Origin: Vicinamibacteria bacterium
GTDB lineage: Bacteria; Acidobacteriota; Vicinamibacteria; Vicinamibacterales; JAENWD01
Assembly: GCA_963800785.1 (NCBI GenBank)
Contig: CAWDCH010000019.1
Span: 4,790-68,789 of the forward strand
Reading direction: 5' to 3'
DNA: 64,000 bases
A program made the position numbers and the translations under genes. The notes below the pieces were generated by a model. The model did no database searches. It had not been told where the DNA came from and saw only the letters and a program-made list of their open reading frames with translations. Each line of letters starts with the position of its first letter. Position 1 is the stretch's first letter. Positions 1-7,812 of this stretch are shown piece by piece.

Positions 1-1
1 C

Positions 2-406
2 GCGTTCGAAACGACGCTTGGCGGGCACACCATCAGCGCTCTTCTGCACGAAGCGTCGGCGGCTGGCATCGAAGTGCGCATGTGGTTCGTGGGGTTGAGT
101 AGTCCCGAACTGCACATGGCGCGGGTTCGATCCAGGGTGGCTCGAGGCGGACACGACATCCCAGAAGAAAAGATTCGGGAGCGCTACGACAGGAGTCGGA
201 TCAATCTGATTGAGTTGATGCGGCGACTCACAGAGCTTCGGGTCTTCGACAACAGTTTTGACGCCGACCCGCATGCCGGACGCGCTCCCCAGCCAACGCT
301 CATTCTTCACCTTGCGAAGGGGAAGATCCTGGAGATGGTCGAGTTGTCCAAAACGCCTCAGTGGGCCAAGGCCTTGGTGGCCGCAGCGCTCAAGATCTCG
401 AAGTGA
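2..406 (+). CDS. zeta-toxin/COG4185-type P-loop kinase, C-terminal part (5' end outside window)
   Basis: Frame is open from base 2: AFETTLGGHTISALLHEASAAGIEVRMWFVGLSSPELHMARVRSRVARGGHDIPEEKIRERYDRS... The FVGL..RV..RV..GGH.IPE..I..RY pattern is typical of the C-terminal half of this family. Confidence 0.7.
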   Translation, partial: AFETTLGGHTISALLHEASAAGIEVRMWFVGLSSPELHMARVRSRVARGGHDIPEEKIRERYDRSRINLIELMRRLTELRVFDNSFDADPHAGRAPQPTLILHLAKGKILEMVELSKTPQWAKALVAAALKISK

Positions 407-481
407 TCGCTCTGCCTTGGGCGACGTCTCGGCCATCGATCGACCTGCTGCCGCAGCGCCAGGCCGGCACTGACACTGTCC

Positions 482-723
482 TCATGATCCGTCAACGCGT
501 TCCGCTCGGAACTGCGTCAACTCCCAGGTGTTGGATCGCTCGTCGTGGCGGACGAGATACGCATTACCGTCTGCGCCTTTCAGCTTGAAGTACCGGTAGT
601 CGGGTGCCAGCCCACGCGTCGAGCACTTCCGCAACGGCGATGCGCCGGTCACCGAGGATCAGCGTGCGTGGCGTCTGCTCGCCGCGATGGCCGGCGTAAC
701 ACTCGACGCCAACGCCTAGACAT
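482..723 (-). pseudogene. small conserved hypothetical ORF, frameshifted
   Basis: Minus strand reads GVGVECYAGHRGEQTPRTLILGDRRIAVAEVLDAW. One frame over it continues LAPDYRYFKLKGADGNAYLVRHDERSNTWELTQFRAERVDGS*. The ATG at 723 is in a third frame. The family resemblance is from memory only. Confidence 0.3.
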
Positions 724-1304
724 GGCGCTCCTCCTTCACTCGAGCTGCTTCTCGGGATGGCGCGGAGACATTCTCCGCGATCCGACCAAGCCGCCGGTCA
801 CAGTGCTGATTGAAGCCCCGCTACCTAGTCTAAGCTGCGGACGTTCCGAACGGCGAGTCCGCTCGTTCGCTCGTCGGACCCCCGGGCGCACGACGAGAAG
901 AGGCGGCTGGTAGTACCGACCCGCCATTGCTACCCGCGTAACCCCGTAACGACTCCAAAAACGCCGACCGGGCACGCGCCAAGCGAGAACCTCCAGCGCC
1001 CATGCCTGAAACGAGGCATTTTACGGTCGGTTCGCTGTTTGACTTGTACAAGACTCACGGGGGCACGCGAAGAGCTAGACGGAAACGCGACGCATCATAG
1101 AACGCGAGGCCTTGCCCGCTGAGACGCCGTGGCGTTCGGAGCTCGTTGAGCGGAAAAGCGAAAATGGCGCCAGTGATTGCGATCGGCATCAACTTATTGA
1201 CTACGCAGGGTTCAGCCGCTACCGTGTGACGACCGGTCAAGGCCGCAACTTCGCGCTGCTGCGGTTTCGTTAGTGCAACGCCGCAGCACTGCGCTCATTG
1301 GTTC

Positions 1305-1520
1305 CTAATCTCCCCGTTGCTGGCTTCCATCGAATCCGCGCTTGGTGCCTAAGGCTTCCCGTGTTGCCATCTGCTCCAGCAGCGCGAACCTGTCGACAAT
1401 CCCCCTGAAACGTCCGTTCTTGTCCACCAAAGCAACAAAGGCCACGCGCCTCCGCATGACCGCATCAGTCAGGGTCGCGAGCTACCGCGGGGCTCACCCG
1501 AGCCCCAACGACGCTCAATT
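1305..1520 (-). pseudogene. CBS-domain protein 3' remnant
   Basis: Minus strand reads TLTDAVMRRRVAFVALVDKNGRFRGIVDRFALLEQMA...*, which resembles a CBS motif (..lpVvD.nG.l.GIv...dll). Upstream sequence continues only in other frames with stops, and no intact gene is present. Confidence 0.3.
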
Positions 1521-1826
1521 ATTCGGTCAATCACGCACGCTCCGGACCAGACAGTTGCTCGGCCTGCTACGGATTTTCATCACGTTTCGCGGGCTGAAAG
1601 CCCAGGCTGACCCAGTTGCGAAACTCGTCCCAGACACCCCACCGCGAACACGCTGAAGACCAGGACCTTGCCACGGTTGAAGCTTACGGAGATGTCAGGT
1701 GTCAGCATGGAAATGCAAATCGGTCTCAGTAGGTTATGCCAGCGAGGAGGAAAGGAAGCCGCCGGCGCGTTAGCGCGGGCGCGCGGGAGCCGCGGAAGAT
1801 GAGGGCGGAGGAGGGGTCCTAGATAG

Positions 1827-2825
1827 TTACCACTGTCGTGGTGCGAAGCGCAGTGGGGCCATGCGAATCCCGTTGAGTGCCGGGCGCAGGCACGCTACAT
1901 ACAGCCTGTCGTCGTGCTGGACGATCTCCGGCGCGGCGATGGCCAGTGTGACCAGGAGATAGCGGTCGTCGTGCACGCCGAAATCAAGCGGATCTGGCGA
2001 GGCATACACGCGCGTTTCGGAATCGTGACCGTAGCGCTGCGTACGAAACAGGTAGAATAGGCGGGTGCGCTCGTGGTGATAGACGAAGGGGCATTCTGCG
2101 GAGGAGGGACCCGTACCTGACGAGCCCCCAGCGCTGACGATAGTCGATGTGCTCCAGTGCCGCAGGTCGCTCGAGACGCAGCAGTACACCGCACCTTTGC
2201 CACCCTGATGCGCGGTCGTGTAGCAGTAGTAGCGTTTGCCGTAGGCCAGCACCATCGGATCTCGCGTGTTCCCGGCTGGCGCATCGGAGAACATGCCAGA
2301 CCCGCCGCTCTTCGTCAGTTGCCGCACGAACGCCTTGCCGTCTACGCTCGTCGCCAGGCAGATATGTTCCCAGTCGCCGTACAGCATGTAATACGTCGCG
2401 CCCACCTTCAGCACGAACGGCGCCTGTAAGCCGCCTTGCGTCTCGCCGACGCGCGGATCGGCCGTGAGCGCGACGCCTTTCGGTGTCCAGTCGCGGTCAG
2501 TGAGCCGACGGGCTTGCCATCTGTAGAACAGGCGCGTTTTGCCTGGAGCTCTTGTGAAACGGATGCACGACCAAAGCTGCCACGTGCCATCAGCGGCGCG
2601 CCACATCCCGAAGTCGACAGGCTGCTGTTCCGGACCGCTGAGCGGACCGAGGTCGGGATTGTCCGTCACCGTCCAGAAATCGCCATCGATCTCCGGTACC
2701 AACGCCGCCTGCAACGCTGCGCTCACCGCCTGCGGTTCGGTTATCGCACGTCGGGCAAGGAGCCCGAGCGCGCCGCGGCCCGCGGACTTCACGAACCCTC
2801 GCCGATCGATCCTTGTCGTCGGCAC
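1827..2825 (-). CDS. Tat-exported five-bladed beta-propeller glycoside-hydrolase-like protein (GH43/GH32-clan-like)
   Basis: ORF 1827..3185. I place the start at in-frame GTG 2825 because it is followed directly by a twin-arginine signal (TRIDRRGFVKSAGRGALGLLA). The mature part has propeller-like blades (DPMVLAYGKRYYCYTT, ECPFVYHH, YVACL). Family assignment is by eye. The alternative ATG start is at 3017. Confidence 0.6.
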   Translation of the reverse strand: MPTTRIDRRGFVKSAGRGALGLLARRAITEPQAVSAALQAALVPEIDGDFWTVTDNPDLGPLSGPEQQPVDFGMWRAADGTWQLWSCIRFTRAPGKTRLFYRWQARRLTDRDWTPKGVALTADPRVGETQGGLQAPFVLKVGATYYMLYGDWEHICLATSVDGKAFVRQLTKSGGSGMFSDAPAGNTRDPMVLAYGKRYYCYTTAHQGGKGAVYCCVSSDLRHWSTSTIVSAGGSSGTGPSSAECPFVYHHERTRLFYLFRTQRYGHDSETRVYASPDPLDFGVHDDRYLLVTLAIAAPEIVQHDDRLYVACLRPALNGIRMAPLRFAPRQW

Positions 2826-3184
2826 ACTCGGCCTCCTACAGTCTCTCAGGCCTCTGCGGATCCGGCGAGGAACACCTCGCCCATGCCGCCAGCACCGATG
2901 GGGCGGACAATCCGGTAGTGGCCGAGCGTGGCCGGCAGCAAGCGCCGAGTGTACCACGTGGATCTGCACGTGAAGGCTCGGGCCTGCGCCACGAGTCCCC
3001 ACACTGTCAACGGGCATATCAGACAACCGGTTCTCGAGACGATCGCGCTCGTGATCGCGGTAAGCGGGGACTGAAACGGGTCGTGAAACGGCGGACTCCG
3101 ACTCTCGCGGGGTTACAAGGCGATGACGTATCGGGTGCCGCACCGGTTTTGGCGAAGGACACCACCTTGTCTGGTGCGACAGCA

Positions 3185-4123
3185 CTACGACGAACGCCGC
3201 TGACGATGTGTCCGAGACTCGCGCCGTCCGAGATCGCCCCGTGACCCCTCATGTCCGTTCGCGAACCTCCCGAGCAGCAAGACGGGGCATTGGGGCGAGG
3301 GCATCACGGCTGAAGACATGGCCGCGCTGCGGTGGGTGAAGCCGAAGATCGTCGTGGAGGTGTCGTTCGTGGAATGGACGCGAGACGGGCTGTTGCGGCA
3401 TCCCGAGTTCGTGGGCGTGCGAGACGACAAGTCGCCGCGAGAGGTCCTTTGTGATAAACGATTACGGCGGTGTTCGCTAGATTCCCCCCTGAGGGAAGCC
3501 GCTGATCCGTGGTGAAGTCTTGCGAAAAGCAACCTGCCTGCGAAGCTGGGTGCCACGACACAGACGAGAAGCGTGCTGAGCATCAAGAGTGTCGGCGGCT
3601 CGGGAATGGCGGTGGCGGCGTCCTCGAACTGGAGATAGCTCAGGCCACCGAAAGCCGACGCGTCCGTGGTGGCTCCGCTCAAACCAAAATTGAAGTCAGC
3701 GAATTCAGCAAACACCCCGAAAAAGACGCCCTCGCTGAGGTCACCGAGGTCCCCTCGCAGCAATGCGTGAGCGACGAAACCGAAAGTGCCGACGAATTCA
3801 TGGACCCGCGATTCGAGGAGGTCGGACGCAGTGAAGGTCACGTCTCCGGCAGAGATGAGAAGATCGATGATTGGGGACGCCCCTGTGGAGGAATCTACAA
3901 CGTCAAGATCGTAGACAAACCAGCCCGACACGACTGTCCCTACCGGGATGGCCGGGATCTCCCCGCGCACCTCGCTGACCACACCGCCGAAAGTGACGAT
4001 CACCTGTGTCGCTCCAGGTGCGAAGATGCTATCAGCGCACGCTGAGTCTGGCCGAGAGATGAGCGTGGCTCCTGCGGCGAGTCCAACTAGCAGTAGGCGT
4101 GGTAGGCGATGGTGAGCGAACAT
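3185..4123 (-). CDS. PEP-CTERM sorting-domain protein with anomalous C-terminal read-through
   Basis: ATG 4123 is preceded by AAAGGGGA and followed by a signal peptide (MFAHHRLPRLLLVGLAAGATLI). A PEP motif plus hydrophobic helix (AIPEPPTLLMLSTLLVCVVAPSFAGRLLFAR) lies at about 3540-3610. The ORF then runs about 115 codons further, antisense to the ligase remnant. Confidence 0.65.
   Translation of the reverse strand: MFAHHRLPRLLLVGLAAGATLISRPDSACADSIFAPGATQVIVTFGGVVSEVRGEIPAIPVGTVVSGWFVYDLDVVDSSTGASPIIDLLISAGDVTFTASDLLESRVHEFVGTFGFVAHALLRGDLGDLSEGVFFGVFAEFADFNFGLSGATTDASAFGGLSYLQFEDAATAIPEPPTLLMLSTLLVCVVAPSFAGRLLFARLHHGSAASLRGESSEHRRNRLSQRTSRGDLSSRTPTNSGCRNSPSRVHSTNDTSTTIFGFTHRSAAMSSAVMPSPQCPVLLLGRFANGHEGSRGDLGRRESRTHRQRRSS
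3240..3470 (+). pseudogene. ATP-dependent DNA ligase (LigD-type ligase domain) 3' remnant
   Basis: The frame reads CPFANLPSSKTGHWGEGITAEDMAALRWVKPKIVVEVSFVEWTRDGLLRHPEFVGVRDDKSPREV, the conserved C-terminal OB-fold end of bacterial ATP-dependent ligases. The frame opens only at 3204 and no upstream ligase sequence is present. Confidence 0.6.
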
Positions 4124-4275
4124 GACTGTTCCCCTTTCAGACTGCGCTGATTGCAGCGGAGGCGACACGAGTTGCGACGGTGGTGGCGGCGGGTGCGACT
4201 GACGCTACTTCTTCCGCGTCCGCCGACAGCGATCTCCCGACTTCATCAAGTTCCTTGAACTGGCCTTTCGCCGTG

Positions 4276-5254
4276 TGGAGTTCCCAGGATTTTGTGGACA
4301 GTAGCTAGCATCCCGGTCACGGGGGGCCAAGCCGATGTCCACGCGCATGAGTGGCGGGTGTGTCCGCGCGACGTACGAGTTCATCAAGGCGCATCGAGCT
4401 ACGTTCAGCGTGCAGACGCTCTGTCGCGTGCTCGACGTGGCTCCGAGCGGCTACTATGCGTGGCTGAAGCAGCCACTCTCGAACCGCGCCAAAGAAGACG
4501 CCCGGCTGCTGCGGCTGATTCGCGCGTCGTTCATCGCCAGCCAGGGCATCTACGGTGCGCCGCGGGTATTCCTGGACTTGCGTGAGGCTGGCGAGACCTG
4601 CAGCAAGCACCGGGTCGCGCGCCTCATGCGGGAGAACCGGTTGCGCGCCCTCCACGGGTATCGCACGCGGCGCTGGTCAATCGGTACGCCCGCCGTCCTG
4701 ATTCCGAATCTACTGCAGCGGCAGTTCACGGCGACACGGCCCAACAAGGCTTGGGTGACGGACATCACCTACATTCGGACGTGGCAAGGCTGGGTCTACC
4801 TGGCGGTAGTGATGGATCTGTTCTCGCGAAAGATCGTCGGCTGGTCTGCGGGGCCGACCATTCACCGCGAGCTCGTGCTCGACGCTGTGCTGATGGCCGT
4901 GCGCCGACGCCGGCCGCGTGACACGCTGATTCACTCCGATCAGGGCACCCAGTATGGCTCCGATGCGTGGCGGCGCTTCTGCCGCTCTCATCGACTTGAG
5001 CCGAGCATGAGCCGGAAGGGCAACTGCTGGGACAACGCCGTAGCCGAGTCCTTCTTCGGCAGCTTAAAGAAGGAGCGGATCAAGAAACAGATCTACAAAA
5101 CCCGAGCGCTGGCATTGACCGACGTGGCCGATTATATCGACGCGTTCTACAATCGCTCGCGCCGCCATAGTCATCTGGGCGGTATGAGTCCTGAGCAGTT
5201 TGAAGCGGCTCACAAGCCGCGCAGGTAGGTCTCCACTAAAGCCTGGGAACTCCA
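4276..5254 (+). mobile_element. IS3-family element lacking orfA (979 bp), copy 1
   Basis: Terminal inverted repeats TGGAGTTCCCAGGATTTTGTGGACAG and GTCTCCACTAAAGCCTGGGAACTCCA (13/13 outermost bases, about 22/26 overall). Flanked by GTG/GTG direct repeats at 4273-4275 and 5255-5257. Matches 47555..48533 in every overlapping ORF translation. Confidence 0.85.
4335..5228 (+). CDS. IS3-family transposase OrfB (DDE integrase-core domain)
   Basis: The 297-aa product contains YEFIKAHRATFSVQTLCRVLDVAPSGYYAWLKQP, GAPRVFLDLREAGETCSKHRVARLMRE, WVTDITYI, HSDQGTQY and NCWDNAVAESFF, the canonical IS3 OrfB motifs. No orfA lies upstream. Confidence 0.9.
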   Translation: MSTRMSGGCVRATYEFIKAHRATFSVQTLCRVLDVAPSGYYAWLKQPLSNRAKEDARLLRLIRASFIASQGIYGAPRVFLDLREAGETCSKHRVARLMRENRLRALHGYRTRRWSIGTPAVLIPNLLQRQFTATRPNKAWVTDITYIRTWQGWVYLAVVMDLFSRKIVGWSAGPTIHRELVLDAVLMAVRRRRPRDTLIHSDQGTQYGSDAWRRFCRSHRLEPSMSRKGNCWDNAVAESFFGSLKKERIKKQIYKTRALALTDVADYIDAFYNRSRRHSHLGGMSPEQFEAAHKPRR

Positions 5255-5398
5255 GTGGCGGTCCCTGGCCTGTGACGAACTTTCGTGACAGCTGGACCGC
5301 CAGCGATTGCGTGGTGGCAGAAGTGGCAGTGTTTCATAGAGGTCGGAGGAAAATGCGGAGCGGGGCGAGGACTATATCAGTCTAGCCCCGTGCGCGCA

Positions 5399-6289
5399 TC
5401 AGCGCAGCCGATTCAAGATGGACAGCTTCTGGTGTGGCGCCTGGAGGTCGGTCGTGACGAGATGCAGATACTTCATCGTCGTGCTGACCTCCGTGTGTCC
5501 CAGGATGATGGACAGCCGCACGACATCGCCGCCACGTTTCAAATACTCCGTCGCGAACGTGTGCCGGAGGTGGTGAAAGCCGGTTCTGGGGAGCGCCAGC
5601 GTCTGAAGCAAGCAGTAGTAGCTGCGGCGGGCGTTCCGAGGATGCCACTTGCCGCCATCGCGCGAGGGGAACAACAGGTCGGACGTGAGCCCGACGTGCT
5701 GTTTCTGTTGCGAGAAGCGGAACAGCACCTTGCGCAGTTCAATGGAAAACGGCACACGCCGTTCCTTGCGCCCCTTACCAACGACCGTCAGCAACAAGTT
5801 GTTGAAGTCAAAATCCTCCAGGCGCGCGGTGAGAAGTTCGTCAATGCGACATCCGGTGTCCAGAATCGTGCAGGCAATCGCATGGACCCGATAGTGCGGA
5901 AAGTTCTTGGGCTTGAAGCCGAGGATAGCGCGCAGAGCCAGCTCATCGAACGTCTTCAGCAGCCGCTTCTCGAGTTTTTGCAAAGGGAGATGCACAAGCG
6001 TGGACGTCGTGCCCCGTTCGTGCAGCCACCCGCAGAAGGAGTTCATCGCGCGCAGCCACGTGTTGCAGGACACGGGCTTGACGCCGCGCTCGCGCAGATG
6101 GATGACAAAGCGTTCCAAATCGGTGCGCGTGATGAGCGCCGAGTCACGCCCACGCATCGTGTCGTCGCAGCGTGCGCGCGCATACGCTTTCCACGCCGTC
6201 TCATACCAGGTGCGCGTCTTCGGCGTGATGTTCTGGAGGTAGGTGCGTTCGCGGAGAAACTGGGCGAAAAGTTCATCGAGCGGAGACAT
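5399..6289 (-). CDS. tyrosine recombinase / phage-type integrase
   Basis: The 296-aa product has an N-terminal SAM-like core-binding region and catalytic motifs (TGCRIDELLTARLEDFD; GKGRKERRVPF; HHLRHTFATEYL; LGHTEVSTTMKYLH). It lies immediately beside the tRNA-Pro 3' segment. Confidence 0.9.
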   Translation of the reverse strand: MSPLDELFAQFLRERTYLQNITPKTRTWYETAWKAYARARCDDTMRGRDSALITRTDLERFVIHLRERGVKPVSCNTWLRAMNSFCGWLHERGTTSTLVHLPLQKLEKRLLKTFDELALRAILGFKPKNFPHYRVHAIACTILDTGCRIDELLTARLEDFDFNNLLLTVVGKGRKERRVPFSIELRKVLFRFSQQKQHVGLTSDLLFPSRDGGKWHPRNARRSYYCLLQTLALPRTGFHHLRHTFATEYLKRGGDVVRLSIILGHTEVSTTMKYLHLVTTDLQAPHQKLSILNRLR

Positions 6290-6358
6290 GGAGACAGAGG
6301 GTCCTTTCTGACCGTGCTGTCTCGGAAAACCGCCCGGAACTCATTGCGCAGCAATGAG

Positions 6359-6404
6359 TTGGTCGGGGCGACTGGATTCGAACCAGCGACCCCCTGCGCC
6401 CAAG
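6359..6404 (-). repeat. tRNA-Pro(UGG) 3' segment (anticodon loop to CCA), att-type direct repeat copy 1
   Basis: Reverse complement is CTTGGGC GCAGG GGGTC GCTGGTTCGAATCCAGT CGCCCCG A CCA, i.e. anticodon loop (UGG), 3' anticodon stem, variable loop, T-arm and 3' acceptor strand. The upstream sequence (AACAA) cannot pair with GCAGG and no CGGGGCG 5' acceptor strand is present. Identical to 26866..26911. Confidence 0.8.
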
Positions 6405-6511
6405 TTGTTATCGCTGGCTGACAGCGAGCACCACGGACTGCCACCAAGCCTTAATCCACAGGAAAATCGTCATCGGGTGCATTGGCGCCCGGTGTGAGAT
6501 AGGTTGGCTCC

Positions 6512-7342
6512 ATGGCATCCCCTGGCGACCGGTCGAGGTTTGGTCACAAGCCACGTCACAGCCATCGGGCGGCCGAGACTACCGCCACTGCCGTCAAGAG
6601 AGCCCGCGCAAAAAGTGCGTTCGTCCAAAGCGTAAAGAGGGCCTTGTCAAAAGAGGAATGGTCACTCCTAATCGCGTGCAATTCCGACAGCGAAGTAGCC
6701 AGGTGGGCTGAGAACTTGCACGTGAACGCACCCGGCATGATCGAACACGCTCGCAGTCTGCTGACAACATTCTCGGCGGACGACCTCGTCTCGATGGCAA
6801 ATGGCGACTACAGTTGCGATGAGAGTTTTGGGGCACGAATGCCACCTGAATGGGAAACCGAGCTCGCCAGGCTGGACACCCTACCATCAGACTTTATGCG
6901 ACAGTCGTTGCGTGATCGGATGGACGACTCGTACATCGAGACGTACCGTCGTATACAGCTCTTGACTACCTCGTCTGCGAACCTCGCAGACGACGAGCTG
7001 CTGCTGGCGCGTCTGTCGGCTAATCCGTTCCATGAGAGCCGTGATCACTTCCTGAGTCGCGCCGGCGATCATTTTGATGCTCGGAATCTTCGGCTTCACA
7101 AAATTGGGCTAGCGGCCGGGTTCTCGCCTGAAGTCCCGAGGGATCAACCCGAAATGAACAAGCACGCCGACTGGCTTGTGAGGAACCAATTGCGCGGAGA
7201 GCGCGCAAGCGCCATTGCAGCTGCGGAGGGGCTTAACCGGCCCGACCAGCGCGATACCGTGAATAAGGCAATCCGCGAGATGGCCACGCTCATTGAGCTT
7301 CCGCCACGCTTCCGAAGGGGTCGCCCCGCCGCCGGGAAATAG
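6512..7342 (+). CDS. hypothetical protein
   Basis: 276-aa ORF on the same strand as the downstream Xis/primase module. No motif recognised. Confidence 0.45.
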   Translation: MASPGDRSRFGHKPRHSHRAAETTATAVKRARAKSAFVQSVKRALSKEEWSLLIACNSDSEVARWAENLHVNAPGMIEHARSLLTTFSADDLVSMANGDYSCDESFGARMPPEWETELARLDTLPSDFMRQSLRDRMDDSYIETYRRIQLLTTSSANLADDELLLARLSANPFHESRDHFLSRAGDHFDARNLRLHKIGLAAGFSPEVPRDQPEMNKHADWLVRNQLRGERASAIAAAEGLNRPDQRDTVNKAIREMATLIELPPRFRRGRPAAGK

Positions 7343-7421
7343 TGACCTCAGCCCCTCTGACCGAAGTCGTTTTATCTGTGACAGGGTACTTGCAACACTG
7401 TCCGTGGAGGCCAATGGCGCC

Positions 7422-7631
7422 ATGGACAATTCGACATCCACCCAAGTAGTTCCGAAACTCTCCGTTACCGTCGCAGAAGCTGCCCAGAGCACCGGATTCT
7501 CTGAGAACTACATCCGGCTGCTCATGACACGGCGTACGTTGCCGTGTGTTCGCGTGGGCCGTTCCGTCAGGCTGCTCGTCCGCGATCTTGAAGAGTTTTT
7601 GCGCCGGCATCGGCACAGCGCCAAGCCGTAG
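7422..7631 (+). CDS. excisionase/MerR-superfamily helix-turn-helix DNA-binding protein
   Basis: From ATG 7422: MDNSTSTQVVPKLSVTVAEAAQSTGFSENYIRLLMTRRTLPCVRVGRSVRLLVRDLEEFL. This is the typical Xis-type HTH pattern and it sits upstream of the primase. Confidence 0.7.
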   Translation: MDNSTSTQVVPKLSVTVAEAAQSTGFSENYIRLLMTRRTLPCVRVGRSVRLLVRDLEEFLRRHRHSAKP

Positions 7632-7812
7632 TCAGCCATGACGACGACAACGACTGCCCTCAACGGCGCGCTGATTCGCACCGCCGGTCGGCGTGCTTGC
7701 CTGCGCGACTGGATGCGCTCAAGCGTAAAAGCAACGATTGTCGCAGCGGGTTGTCGGCGCTTACTGCCTCACGCCCTCGCCGGGTGGCTCATACGGCGCG
7801 GAGGGTTGGAGC

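Noticed and set aside
3318-3515. 65-aa ORF as an independent small gene
   Set aside because: Its sequence is the conserved C-terminal end of ATP-dependent DNA ligases and homology extends upstream of its ATG, so it is a gene remnant.
4205-4387. 60-aa minus ORF, and its counterpart at 47232-47666, starting MMNSYVARTHPPLMRVD
   Set aside because: The shared N-terminal part is antisense translation of the IS left end. The 47232-47666 ORF is meaningful only downstream of the IS junction, as part of the interrupted Tat-signal gene.
5285-6421. 378-aa plus-strand ORF
   Set aside because: It is antisense to the tyrosine integrase, whose catalytic motifs are clear, and it runs through the tRNA-Pro segment.
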